DNA of 64,000 bases. It comes from Owenia fusiformis (taxonomy: Eukaryota). The notes beneath the pieces are model-generated. The model did no database searches and was not told the DNA's origin. It saw only the letters and a program-made list of their open reading frames with translations. Location of the stretch: contig CAIIXF020000001.1 of assembly GCA_903813345.2 (NCBI GenBank), positions 36,022,001-36,086,000 of the forward strand, written 5' to 3'. Positions 32,959 to 47,210 of the stretch are shown piece by piece. Positions within the stretch are counted from its first letter, which is position 1; the number at the start of each line of letters is the position of its first letter. The position numbers were made by a program, and so were the translations under genes.

Positions 32959-35900
32959 TATCAAAAAACAAATCTTGCAAATCTTTGGTTTTCAAAACTA
33001 GGCTCACTTATCTACCAATAAATAGTAATAGGTATAGCCATCTTAGAGAAATATCATGAAGGATGTTTTTAATTCCATGTGACTGGGTTCAACCAAGCAC
33101 AGAATGAAAAATATAAAATTGAGATAACAATAGTTTATTATTAAAACAAAAGAAAATACAATTTTAAATAGAAGAATAATGTGACCTTTTGAAAGGAAAA
33201 TGGACTTGAATGTCAAGTAGACAGATGTCTTGGAGGTCTTTATGAACAAATCCTCTGACTAGCAGCAAGGTCATATAGTGGTTGATAGATTAATAACGTG
33301 ACAAATGTTGAAATCTTGTAGATTTGCAGTATATCACCTCAGCCTACATTGAGGAGCCTGGAGCCCCAGAAATGTCTTGTATTGATACAATCTTCATTCA
33401 TTTACACAGACTATTTACCTAATTATCCATGTTTTCTTAGGATGGAGTATGAAACTGTCACGGTAAGGACAGCTTGCCTCTACTGTATTAGATTATTATT
33501 CTTGAAGAATTGCCATTTACCAAATTCATTCCATAATTCTGTGTTACATCATTTGAAATAACTGAAGTCCCCTTTATATTACTGGCTCTTCACATCCTTT
33601 CAATTGAAGTCTGAAATGCTACTTTGATTGCTTTAAACCAAAACATAGCCCAGGCTGCAATTTTTCACAAAAAATATCTTCATGATGGCTGTCATTGTCT
33701 TTATCAATGTCAATTTTATATTGCAGTAACATGTTATTAAGGACATAAAGACAATATTCTGTGGAAGGGTACAATTTTATTAAATATTGATATTTAGCCA
33801 ATGAATGACTGGAAAAGAGTATCAAAAGACTTAGCGGTATCTCATATTTTATAAGAATATTCAAATATTTGATCGAGTGCTAACATTTTTTTAAACTGTT
33901 GTTTGAATTAATTAATGTTTTTACTTCTTTACCCAAAAGGAAATTGTTTTTAAGAAAAAACAACATTGGTGTTTGATCATCCTGAGATGTCAAAAGGCAC
34001 ATGGATTATATTCAATAGAACTATTCCTACTCCTGTGAGGTATATTCATTATTCAGCAATTCAAAAGCAGAAACGATCTACATGACGATATAGAAAACAA
34101 AAGTCACTTAGTATGCAGCCTTCCTATGATTTCCTCTTCTCCTCTGTGTTTTATTATACTGATTAGCTAGAATTCTACTTGCTTTATCCCCATCCACAAG
34201 ATAACTGTCCCTCACAGAAACAATACAGTCGAATGTGTTATTCTTTCCTTTCTCATACAATGGCTTTTCAAAGAATCTTGTTTCTTGGTAAAGTCATTGT
34301 AAAGGGTACTGTATACCAGAGTTTTTTATATCAACTATGATTTGTCATATGTTGTTAAAAGTATAGGGTAGTTTGGATGGTTGTGTAAGATCATTGACGA
34401 GGATTTGCTTTTACTGACGTTAACTACCCGATTTCTGAGTGCGTAAAAATAGCAATATATGATATTTTAAGCAGTCTTGTTTTTTCTCAAAGTGATACAT
34501 CTTCTTCAGGTAAGCTGTAAATTAAGAAGTCAATCACGGGGTGAGTTGCAAATTATATGGGAAACATGAAGATGTACCTTGGGTTGAGTTATTTTTTGAT
34601 TTATACTTGTTTTGCAATATTTAAGGTCTGTTTTTATGTGAAGACAACATATTTTTCGATATATAATAAAGAATGGACCCAAGGAAGCCTTATCTTTAAA
34701 TTTTGTTTTATATACCTACATACTTTTTTATTAATATCATCATTTTACATACTTCTTGAAATGCATTTGTTTTTGGATTGGCTTGTCATAGTTGCGTAAG
34801 ATTTCAGGAATTATAATAGATGTACGGGTCTGATCAGCCTCATACATTCATTACATCTTGAATTTTCAAGGTATGATGTTTTCAATGCAAACCAGTGAGT
34901 GAGAAATGACTTTTTGCTAATTTCTAAATGGTAGAAGAGTAGCATATAGTATTGTTTGACTAGGCTGATTTTACTTACTAAAGCACACTATTCTGTAATA
35001 GAGTTGGAGAAGTGCATTTAGCATATTATAACACCATTCGCTTATTGGTTGAAATTTACACACCCCTACTTCATAGAATACACAATTTAGGAGTTTTTTG
35101 TCATGTAATTTGTTTTGTCGCTATTAATAGATTTAAGCCCAGTTTTATTGTGCTTTTGGGTGATTTATTACATGAGGTTTTTATTTGCTGGTCAAAATGA
35201 GGGCTTAAGCAAGTTTATTGTCTGATCTTAGAAATTCTAAAGTAAACTCCTTCATACTTTCCTTATAGTTTTTTGCGCATTTTTGATTTTTATCTCGAAA
35301 CACAAGTTTTTAGAATTTGTAATAAGAGAAACAGACACTTGTTATCAAGTGTAGAATGTTTTGCAAGAATACTGATAAAAAGAAGCCTTAATCTGTTAAT
35401 GGTTAATTAGATATTATAATACACCTTGACATTTCATAATTATAACATCAGGGAGACAAATAATAAACAAAAGTATAAGCTATAGTAGTTTACAATGCAT
35501 AGAATAAAATAATTAACATCTTGTCTTGACTCTATAATTACCTTTTTTTAGTGATCTGATTGACCCATGTGACATAAATATATCCTTATTTAACGCTGAC
35601 ATCATCTGCATCATATATATTTGACATAATTATGCATAATCAATCCCTGTTTTAAAACATTTATTAATAAGCAACATACAAAATGTTGAATATAAAACAT
35701 GATTCAATATTTTTTTGTAGAATAAATAAAATATGCCCTCCAAAGACTTTCATGAGGCCTTCTCAAACTTGAATTACTTCTTATATTTATATCGAGAACA
35801 GGAAATATGTAAGATTTTGTGAAACAGCCAAATTAATACAATAGGACATTGGCATGTGCTTAATAACATGCTCAATAAGAAATATTTGAGCCTAAACTAA

Positions 35901-37004
35901 TCACGCTTCTAATTCATTCTTACTTAGCACTATAAGCCATTTCCACCCTAGAAACATTAATCATTCCGTAATTATAAGTCACTTTTGAGAATTTCCGAAT
36001 CAGTACTTTTTACAGAATTTTCTTTATATCCGATCATAATATATTTTGAATTGGGATTTTAGTGAATTGAAGATATCAGTCGGAAATTGCTCTATTATTA
36101 CATATCAAATTAGATTTGATTCAATGACATTATGGCTATTAGTGATTACTGAGTTATGCATACCTTTCTCTTGTTTTGTGTCAGCATTAATGGTTAATGT
36201 ACCCTTTACGATTCTTAAAGGTCATTGTTCATTAGAAATCTGTTCAAGAAATTGTTTTAAGATCCCAAAGGCTAGGGTAAGTAGATAAGATGTTTAGCAT
36301 ATCCCACTTCTGAAATTCAAACTGCATAATAAGTTATTCTCCAGAAAAACATGTTTGTCATTCATTTTTCAATACAAGTGTTGTGATTTATCTGCTATCA
36401 TATCATAAGTTATCTAATGTAAGTTTCAATGAATTGACATCTTATATTAAAGGTAGACACTTGCAACCTCTCTAGGGAGATTAACATTTCTGGGAAATAA
36501 TCAACTGTTAATGATTTAACCAAGTGAATGTGTTTTGGAGAGAATTTTCACAATTACAAAAATTGCTTACTGAGAAACTTGGTAATTGGAATGTAACAAT
36601 AGCTGAGACTCCTCTGTATATTTGAAATTAGGCAGGCTATAAGTGAGACTACATACAGTGTTAAAAATAGATGTAGAATTGTAAATGTTTGTCAGTGGTT
36701 TCTCAAGTTCCATGAGTTTGAAATAATCAATTCTGTCTACCTGAAGCCCTATATAAAATAGGCCTACCTGTATATCATAGCAGGCCTACCTTTATCAAGT
36801 ATGTCACCCTATAAAAGGCCTTCCTGCCTATAGTAGGCCTATTTGCATTTATATAGTAGACCTACTTGCATATATTAGGTCTACCTGTATATAATATAAA
36901 TAAATATTGATCTCTATAAATGTAACCTCATGATATTAATTTTTTTATTTTTAGACATATTTCCTTTAATCTCTGAGAATCTCATATTCATTCCTTGATA
37001 TATA

Positions 37005-37128
37005 AAGTCTACCTGTATAAAGTAGGTCTACCTGTATAAAGTAGGTCTACCTGTATAAAGTAGGTCTACCTGTTTAAAGTAGGTCTACCTGTATAAAGTA
37101 GGTCTACCTGTATAAAGTAGGTTGACCT
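37005..37128 (+). repeat. 19-bp minisatellite (~6 units)
   Basis: Unit agtaggtctacctgtataa. Degenerate copies at ~36758-36895. Confidence 0.92.
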
Positions 37129-37837
37129 GTGATTATGAGTCTACAAGCCTTTTGAATTGAAGATGTCTGTTGTTTCCTTTAGAATAATTTGAGTGATGGT
37201 TTTCACATAGATTGGCAAATATAATCATCATATGCTACTTAAAGGTTGCAAAGACCAATATATGCAGAGGCTTTGAATATTTGATATAGCTATTGTTGTT
37301 TTTAGTAGAATTCTAGGTTAGTAATCCAATCAGTTTGTGGTATCTAACTACCTGCTTGTTGTTTATGTATTCTGTATGCAGATGTCAAACATTAAATTAC
37401 CCTCAACTCAGAGGCTAGTATGATACCCTCTTACTACAACTGATCATTTAACAGTTTGATTTGAGAATGGTGAAGAGTCGTAGGAACTTTTTTGAGGTGT
37501 GAATAGCTGAAGGTGAGTCCAGAAATGCTATCAGAAATTAAGAGCTTGAGATTAAATATCTTTCTTTATCTTGGCAAAATTATTGGTTTCGACTTCTTTT
37601 TATATTTAAAGACAGACAAATGGCTCCAACCTTAATTATTGTATATTTATCCGTATGTTTGCTACAATTTGTTAATGTGTTGATATAATGTTGACATGAA
37701 CTGCTTCATATTTTGCCATAAACAATAAGAATGCCAAGATAGATTAATCAAATTGGAACTGTCATTAATGTTGTCAACCAATACTGAAATATTGAAAATG
37801 TTTTTACATTCATGTATTCCTGTATTATTCATACATA

Positions 37838-38949
37838 CAGGGTGGGCCAAAAAAAACAATACCCAACTTTAAATCAGACTGAAAATAGCTATGTTCAATA
37901 TGATACACTGATTTATATATCATTTTAAAGGTTATCCAATTTCGAACAATTTGGTATACAACATTATGTCATGACATCACTATTAAAGTTTTATTATGCT
38001 TATTTGGGAGGCCGGGTCAGTATTTAAGGTATCCAGATTTTAGGGAGAAAATAGTAAATCTGCGGAATAATGTTAATTTTTTATTTATAGAATATCATTT
38101 TGTTAGGTGAATAAATGCTTGTATATTTGCATATTGTGTGACTAAACTTATTGTTTATGAATTTTAGTGTTGTTTATTATCAATAAGTACTCAAAGGGGG
38201 TCTGTTAAAAGACAATAAACGTATATGTGACGAGGATTTTATTTTCCAACAAGACATTGCCCCGTACCATAGATCTCAAGAGACATTGGCATTCCTTTGC
38301 AAACAAGGTGTCAATTTGATTGATCTCGATGCTTGGTCCCGATGCTACATGTAATTTGTTTGATTACGATATATGGAGCCATCTCGAGGAAATGGTACAA
38401 TCAAAAGCATCCAATAAACAGCTTTGATGTGCTGAAACAGAATCCTAAAGTGCTGAAATGAATTGCAACAGAAATCTCTCAATAAGGTTATTGATAGATT
38501 GCGCTACCACTTGAAGCTTATTGTTGATGCATAGGGGAGGGGGTGGGGGTACATGAGCAATTGTGAAAATTGTTTAAATAAATAAAGTGTAAAATGTTAT
38601 TAAACAACACTGAAATTCATAAACAATAAATTTAGTCACACAATAATGAAAATATCAGGATCCAAGCATGTATTCACCTAACAAAAGAATGATATTCTAT
38701 AAATAAAAAATTAACATAATTCCGCAGATTTACTATTTTCTCCCTTAAATCTGGAGACCTTAAATAGCGACCCGGCCTCCCAAATAAGTATAATAAAACT
38801 TTACTATTGATTTCATGACATAGTGTTATATACCAAATTGTTTGAAATTTTATAACCTTTAAAATGGTATGTAAGTCAATGTATCATATTGAATGTAACT
38901 ATTTTTATCCTGATTTGAAGTAGGGTATTGGTTTTTTTGGCCCACCCTG
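37838..38949 (+). mobile_element. Internally deleted Tc1/mariner element with ~340-bp TIRs and a degraded transposase C-terminus (maT/DD37D-like)
   Basis: Termini ta|cagggtgggccaaaaaaa ... tttttttggcccaccctg|ta, with inverted similarity extending ~340 bp. Internal VLKGGLLKD...FIFQQDIAPYHRSQETLAFL...AW, then frameshifted NLFDYDIWSHLEEMV. Confidence 0.9.
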
Positions 38950-39306
38950 TACATACATTATTTCTGTTGTTTCTCCTCTAGTCTTATGTATAAGACAAAG
39001 AAATATCCAAAATTGAGGTCCTTTATTTTTATTTATCTACTTAGAGGTGCATTGGGTGGGAACAATATACTCTCAAATGACCAGGTATGGTATGATGAAT
39101 TATTTTAAAAAGTCATGATCATTGACCATGAATCTTTTCCCAACATATTTATGATATATTTAATCAAAATAATGCTTTCTTCCAAGTAAGGTTTCCAGGA
39201 TAATAACATTATCAATCCCATCTCTCCCCGAAACCATGGATTAAAACGCTACCTCAATACATTTCTGAAAATTTTGTGTAGTGGTGCAACCAATATAATA
39301 CATGTA

Positions 39307-40387
39307 CAGGGCGTTCAGTAAGTAAAGCTAATTTTGCTCTCAAACTTTTATTTTTTGTCATTTATCTCTCAAATTTTCAGTGAAGAAGCATTTGACATTT
39401 TTCTAACTACCCTGAAAAATTAAATAAGATATGATGAATAATAGCAAAACAATGGTTGTCATAGTAACGTGAATACGGGTTCTGCGGAGCAATTTCTTAC
39501 TTTAATAAAAATGTTATAATGCAATGAAATTGATTAAGATTAATGCTGCATATGTCTTTGTTTGCTATGGCTGAAAGTCACGACAAACATAACAACATAC
39601 ACAAATATGATACCATGGCAACAGTAGTCTATGACATCACAGACAGATGATACAACAGATGGAATGATCCAGAATGATCCATCAGACACTGCTCATGACA
39701 TTTTCAGGTGCTGCGGCGCCATCTTGTGAACGCGATTTGCAAGAAGAGGCCCCATAGGACTCTCAACTCCTACATATTCCATCAAGATAATGCGCCATCG
39801 CATAGGTCGCAAATGGTGCAGGATACTATCCAGAAAACGCTGGAGATGGAGGTTCAAGGCCAGTCAGTGTATTCTCCTGACAAGGCACCGTGCGATTTTG
39901 GGGTATTTTCATGTTTGAAAAATGATCTGCGTGGTAAGATCCACGCAAATATCCATGAGCTTCAGAATGCCGTTCAACGTTCGCTGACAAAGAACTTTCC
40001 AGATTGCTTCCACAGGATATATCAGAAGTGGATTGAACGACATCAGCTGAAGTGTGTGAAAGCTAAGGGGAACTACTTTGAACATTAAATAGAATGCTGA
40101 CTTGAAAGTAGAAATGTGGAGTAGCCACAGAACTATGGTTGAAATATAGACAGGACAGAAACTAACGTTAACAAAATCTACTATGCTGTGAACTTATAAA
40201 ATTGCTCCGCAGAACCCGTATTCGCGTTACTATGACAACCACCATTTTGCTGTTATTCATTATATCTTGATCATTCTTTCAGGATAGTTGGAAAAGTGTC
40301 TGATGCTTCTCCACTGAAAATTTGAACGATGATAAACAAGAAATAAAAGTTTGAGAGCAAAATTAGCTTTACTTACTGAACGCCCTG
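39307..40387 (+). mobile_element. Internally deleted mariner element with ~190-bp TIRs
   Basis: ta|cagggcgttcagtaagtaaagctaattttgctctcaaacttttatt ... aataaaagtttgagagcaaaattagctttacttactgaacgccctg|ta. Confidence 0.93.
39708..40088 (+). pseudogene. Mariner transposase C-terminal half
   Basis: Motifs FHQDNAPSH, YSPDKAPCDF and KCVKAKGNYFE. The frame begins right after a ttttcag acceptor. Confidence 0.92.
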
Positions 40388-42710
40388 TAATATCAACTGG
40401 AATCCATTTAGGAAAGGCAATCAGACCAAAAACTATTAGCGCCACAACTTTTGAAAAATGGTTTTCGTATAGAACTAGAGTAGAATTTTAATATTAAACT
40501 GTATGTGTCATATATTTTCAGTTGAATCAAACACTTAAACACAGAACCATGTCTTATTACAAATCAATTACTAATATTTTTTTCCTGATTGCCTAAGCTA
40601 ATCTGCTTGATCATTACCTCAGCGGATCCTGTTTTTTTCATGTTATTGCTTAAATAGATTATATAACAAAAGTGCTTAAATTTTTTCAAAGGTAAGAATG
40701 GCATTGAAAGGCTTATTTAGAAGATTTCAAACTTTGGTGATCAAAATTAGGCTGAAAACAATGAATAGCATGAGTTATCTGCATGGGAAAATAACATTTT
40801 GTAGATGTACCTCTCTTATTTGGTGCAATAGGACTATTTTACTTAAATTAGCTTGTTTTCCTCATTGGCCATGTTTTCTATGGTCTCTAGGGTTGTTTGT
40901 TGATAAAGAGAAGCTATGTAAGCTCCTTGTACTTACCTTGCATCTATTATAGTTACCAGATGCATCTGTACATTATTACAGGTGATTTCACTTAAACATG
41001 CTATAAGCTGTCTGCAAACATGGTTTTATCCACAACATCTGAAATGTTAAAAATGATGCACAGCTACCAGTTTGAATATGGGAGGGGGCTTGGGTCAGCA
41101 AAATAAGCCAGATATTTATAATTTGTATTATACTAAATAGGCTTGAAAATCTTTAAAATTCCACCTTTACATTTTGCCCTTAATCTAACCCCCATTAAGA
41201 TCCAAACTGTAAAAACTGTCTGTAAAAATCAGGGGGTGGTGCAGTTCACTCGCAGGATAGTATTGCCATAAAGTTTGTAGCTTGTATATAGATTACAGTC
41301 CAGAACATTTGTGTTACAGGTGTGCTTTCCAACACTTACATTCTTCTCTGATCTTAACATTCATGGTCAGTTCTCAATATACAGTAAGTTGAAGCATATG
41401 CACCACACTACCTACATGTGTTTGGCTATAGCTATTTTGAATTCTCACAGTCTTCTACAGCAGCTTTGTTCAAATGAACTTTCTATTAAGCCTGAATACA
41501 AAGTACCAAGAATTGTTCATACATCTGAAATTAAACCACTGTTTTCATTTTTCATTCTACTGAACATGGTGCATCTCTTTAAGTACAAATAGCCATAAAT
41601 TTAGTTGTTTAAGGCTATGAAAAAGTCATGTTTCTGGTCCCTGAGTCAAGAAAATAAAGTCCTGTATCTGGTCCCTGTTTAAGGTCGTCCTGGTCAGTTA
41701 AAATAGTCTTGTTTCTGGCTCTGTTTTAATAAGGGCATGAAAATAATCTGATTTCATGTTGCTATTTAAGGCCAAGAAAAATAGTTTTGCTTTTGGTCAC
41801 TTTTAAGGCCAGAAAAAATTGTATTTAAAGCCAGAAAAATTATTCTTATTTCTGATTGCTCGGCAGATGACAGAATTTTAAGAAAGATGGCAATACTCTG
41901 TTATTTTTTGGCATATATAAATAGGTTTTTACTTATATTTTTTAACTCCAATTTGCTTTTATTTCGAGGAAGTAAGTCACTACAGTTAACAAGTGTCTAA
42001 CAAATGAATTTAATTTGACCATCTGTATCTGAATTGTAATAATTACACTTAACTCCTTTATTTGCATAATCTTGATGTATTTCCACTCGTTTAATTCCAG
42101 TTAGGTTTTATTGACCCATGTCTCATCCCCTAAAACTTTTATTGATTTCTCTTGAATTAAAAGTTATATCCTTTTAAAGATCAATATGGCTTAATCAAAT
42201 GGACATTTACCCTCTCCAAACATCTCATTTAAGGACATATACATGTATTTACATTGTCCCTTATATTTAATGAGGGCAACATAAATGATTTGTGCCCTTA
42301 TTCATATCAAATAACCAAGAGTTTTATTTCAAGACAGTCTCCTTGGTGATTCTTTAACACAGCCTCACCTCCTGAATGCAACATGTTCTTTGGTCAATAT
42401 TGTAAAATGGTTCTTTGAATAACTCAAGTACTTATAACAGAATACATAATATAAATGAGCGGAAATAGTTTAGATAAGATGTAGTTTTTCTTAGTCAATA
42501 TTATTAAGCCAAGATGAAAGCAAGGTGAATAAGGTATTGCTGTGATTGATATGTTCTGTAGGTTCAACTCTCAGGGAATATTTTATATGCTGTTCAGGCT
42601 TGGAAAGGATCAAGTGGATATAAAGCCAGGTTAGACCGAGTGGATCATCATTTATTTTCTTTATGCCTTTTTTAATGATCCATATCTCTCTGGTTATTGC
42701 TATTTGGCCC

Positions 42711-43040
42711 TTTTAGCGTTTGTCCATGATTTTTAGCATTTGCCAATGATTCTTAGTTCTTGCCGATGATTTTTAGCTTCTGTCAATGATTCTTAGCTCT
42801 TGCCAATGATTTTTAGCTCTTGCCAATGATTTTTAGCTTTTGCCAATGATTCTTAGCTCTTGCCAATGATTTTTAGCTTTTGGCAATGATTCTTAGCTCT
42901 TGCCAATGATTTTTAGCATTTGTCAATGATACCTAGCTCTTGCCGATGATTTTTAGCTCCTGTCAATGATTCTTATCTCTTGCCAATGATCCTTAGCTTT
43001 TGGCAATGGTTTTTTAGCTCTTGCCAATGATTTTTAGCTT
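42711..43040 (+). repeat. 20-bp minisatellite (~16 units)
   Basis: Unit ttttagctcttgccaatgat. Confidence 0.95.
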
Positions 43041-43697
43041 CTCTCATTGATTCAATTGCAGATCTTAAGTTTTTAGACTGAAAAACTTGATGTGAAAATT
43101 CTGATGTTGCTAACTGGAGAACATAATGTTTTTCTGTAGTAACAGTTCTAATTCAATCAGGGGAAACAAATATAGTCTATTTAGCATTAGCCAGAAACAT
43201 ACTACAGTAAATGATTCTACTATCAATGATTCATAGAACATGTCAATGATTAATGGCCAATGTCCTTCCAATGATTATTCAATTTCACTCAACTCTTCCA
43301 TTGCTTAATTCCCTATTTATTTCAAAAGAAGTAATTCAAAGAGTTCTAATTCTTCTTCCTGTTTATCCCGAGTACTGCTAATTCTGCCTGAAGGAGGAAT
43401 GGCTAGAGTTTATAACCCAAGTTTACTAAATCCTTATGGATTCATATATTTTTATGAGATATCGTAAACAGACTTGACAGCTCATTATGACTTCTGTAAC
43501 TATTTTAATATCTGTTTATGAGTGAATGCCTGTCCGCATTCCTACTCTTCAATGTATCTAGTAAAATAAGGCGTTCAATGTTGTTCATTTTTCTTGGATT
43601 CTCATATATCCTAGCAGTAATATGTAATACTTTTGCTCATACTATTTGCAGGTATATTGTATACATAAATGAAAATGGAAGGAAGATAAGGGAGTAA

Positions 43698-44890
43698 TTA
43701 TCCCACCGAACGAAGTTCGAGGGGGATATAGAAAAGCCGTCCGTCCGTCCGTTCGTCCGTCCCTCCGTTCATCCGTCCGTTCGTCCGTCCGTCCGTTCGT
43801 GTGTCCGGGCAATAACTCAAATACCGGTTGACGGATTTCATTCAAATTTTATAGGCTCATGCCTTACGGGTGTAGGACCTCTGCTCGAGAAGGAATTTTC
43901 AATATGGTCGCTTAATTCAAAATGGCGGCCATTTTTCGGAAAAAATATAATCTTTAATAACTCAAATACTATTGGATAGATTTTGTTCAAATTTTATAGG
44001 CTGTTGCCTTGATACAAAGCAGCCTTGCTCAAGAAGACATTTTCAAGATGGCCACCAAATTTCAAAATGGCGGCCATTTTTCGTAACAAAAACGTTATCT
44101 TTGATAACTCAAATACCATTGAATGGATTTGGTTTAAATTTTAGATTCTGATACCTAGGGACATAAGAGCTCTGCTGAAGAAAGGATATTCAAGATAGCA
44201 GCTAAATTTCAAAATGGCAGCCATTTTTCATAAAAAACATTATCTTTGATAGCTCAATTACCATTGAATGGATTTGGTTCAAAATTTACATGATGATGCC
44301 AAGGGACATAGGAGCTCTGCTTGAGAAGGGATTTTCAAGGTGGTAGCTAAATTTCAAAATGGCCGCCATTTTTCATAAAAGAACGTAACCTTTGATAACT
44401 CAAATACCAGTTGATGGATTTGGTTCAAATTCTATATGCTGATGCCTAGTGACAAAGAAGTTCTGCTCAAAAATGAATTTTCAAGATGGCCACTGAATTT
44501 CAAAATGGCCACCATTTTTCGTAAAAAAACGTAAGTAATGGTAACTCAAATACTAGTGGATGGATTTGGTTCCAATTTTATATGCTGATGTTTAGGGAAA
44601 AAGGAGATCTGCTTCAGAAGAAATTTCAAAGGCGATAGCTGAATTTCAAAATGGCTGCCATTTTTCATTAAAAAAGTAATCTTTGATAACCCAGATACCA
44701 TTGGAAGGACATTCTCTGCTAAAGAAGAAATCTAAAGATGACAGCTGAATTTCAAAATGGCAACCATGTTTCATAAAGACGTAATCTTTGATACTTCAGA
44801 TACCAGTGGATGAATTTGGCTCAATTTTTTTATCAAAACATGTTTTGTTCGGTGGGATTTGCTACTCCGTGGAGTTGCTGTTTTTCTAGT
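43698..44890 (+). mobile_element. Non-autonomous Helentron (HINE-like) element
   Basis: subTIRs atcccaccgaac (43700) / gttcggtgggat (44847), a (gtcc)n tract, ~7 internal ~145-bp units with aaaatggcggccatttt palindromes, a 3' stem-loop at 44861-44878 and the end ttctagtt. Confidence 0.9.
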
Positions 44891-46988
44891 TGTAAGATGG
44901 TCTGCACTCTCCATTTCAAAATGTTTCTCACCTTCGCATATATTGTTATTTCTCGGACTCCATACAATACTTATGAGCAGTTTCCTGATGCCATGTGTTC
45001 ATGTTGATGTTAATGGCTGCTAGAGTTTGAAATTATCACACCTATTGTAATATAACTATAAAAAACCACCTGGAGAAACAAGTAGCTGCAGAGGGAAGGA
45101 AGGAGTCACAGAACAAATTTGGAGATTGTATTGAAGGATGGGCAATCACAATCAGTCTACAGGTCTTCGTTTTTACATGTTCCCTATAGACTGAATAATT
45201 GCCCTTGAATTTCCAACTCTGTGAAGTCCATGTAGAATTCTTTTGTGAGATTTTGAACCTGAAATAGTACAAATCATTGTATTAGCCATGAGTAAAAAGC
45301 AGTCATGCTGTTTGGCTCAGTAACTAAGCAAATAACTAGCAAGTAATGTAGAAAGTATCTTGTTAGGCTTCTTAGCTGGTAAGTCATATCATTTGACTTG
45401 TGAATAGACAGATACTGCTACTAATAAAGACATCTAATCCTCTCATCCTATGTTTTATAGCCTCAAATTCTGACTCTAATATAGAAAAAGAAATATCACA
45501 TCAAAGTAAGTAGTATGTATCTAAGTAAAGGATGTTTTTACATTGAATTATTTATAAAATGCAATAGTTGCTTGATAAGTGGCTAATACACTACAAATGA
45601 TGGCATTGCGAGGAACATGCTCTTAAGTCATTAACTCAAAAAGTTCTGAATTATGATGTGTCAGATTCAATTGTCATCTACAATATTATCATACTTACCT
45701 TGTGAAAAGCAATTGAATATCAGAAATTGTAATTCACATTTTTGAGTAATGGTCACCTGAATGGTGAATGAAAAATTGAAAGTAGACATGTGGAGCAACA
45801 CAGTTTATCCTTCACAAGAGCTCAACGAATCTTCACTATTTAACATATATCATATCAGAATATGTAGTTAAAATATCAAGACACCACACACTAGACACTA
45901 CACTGTGAAATCATTTGTGTTTGTTAGAGGGTAGTTTAGTTAGCTGATACAGATCCAGGGTTCTAAGAGTAAGAATATCAGGTAGTCACACACAGGTTGT
46001 AGTTAGTGCTTAGGTAAGTATGGGTGTTACTCTTGCAGTGATCAATGAATGAATCTGGAAACCATCTGAGATGATCTATGACTACAAAGCCTTCCTGCCT
46101 CTTCCTGCTTTCAAGAAAGTTTAGACTTCATCTTTTCTCTTTGAATTAGAAGTAAATTACTCAATGTGGCCTATTATAAGAATAATGTAGTCTGCAAATC
46201 ATGCTATTATATTTTTATTTCCTAAGTATAAAATGCTACAATCATTAAGAATGTATCATATAATCAGGGGACCATTTTTGGAACTTAATTAACTAGTCAC
46301 TCTGCCCTCTAATTATAACAAGCAATTTTTATTATTATAGTTTTGATAGTGATTGTTTTGATATCCGTATTTATGATCTTTGCTTGATGAATATTGAATT
46401 TTAATATATTTCTTATTTTATTTTATTCTAAATTATCGTTAGATTTATCATTGATATATTTAATTTGGAAATAACTAACTTGTTATGATAAAACTGTTTG
46501 ATAAAATATACATGTATAAGTTTACACAAGCTTTCTAGTTGAACTGATTTTTCCCAAAACCTTCATTACAAAATGGTACATTTTAATACACCTTTTAGTT
46601 AATCCCTTTACAGATTGTTTATTTTAATGAACTTTCATTGATTCTAGAATCTGTCGCTTGATAATAAATAAAGATTAATTTATTTCAGTAGGACCATAAA
46701 ACACTTCAAACCCCATACCACAGGCAACATGTTTAGGAGAGTTAAAAATGTAATTTCGAAGGTCACCTTAACACAAAAATGAATTATGTTCATAAGAAGA
46801 TGAAGAAATTGTATTTTTGAAATTTGACGACCTATTGATACTCAATTATTCATTGATTTTACAATTTTAGCTCATCCCAGGAGGGAATCATTGATTCTAC
46901 TGCACCTGAGCTGTGGATTTAGACAATCTTATAAAGGAGTATTTTTGTGTGAGACTGTATCTTTATTGTTCATTCTTTGTGATTTCAG

Positions 46989-47101
46989 TCGGTGTCATCT
47001 ACAATTGAGTGCGTGTCCACAGATGTTCTCGTTTGGATCTTGCACATACATAGATAGATAGAATAACAGGAATATTACATCTAATTACTCCAGCATTCCA
47101 G
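46989..47101 (+). other. Candidate non-coding (UTR or lncRNA) exon
   Basis: Strong tttcag acceptor and cag|gtaagt donor, with stops in all three frames. Confidence 0.35.
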
Positions 47102-47210
47102 GTAAGTTGCTTATATAACTATGTTTGTGTTTGTAAAATAAACAATAAAACATGTCTATATAATTTTTGTATGGTTTACATTTCATCTTTAGACATCTAC
47201 ATTTCACTTG

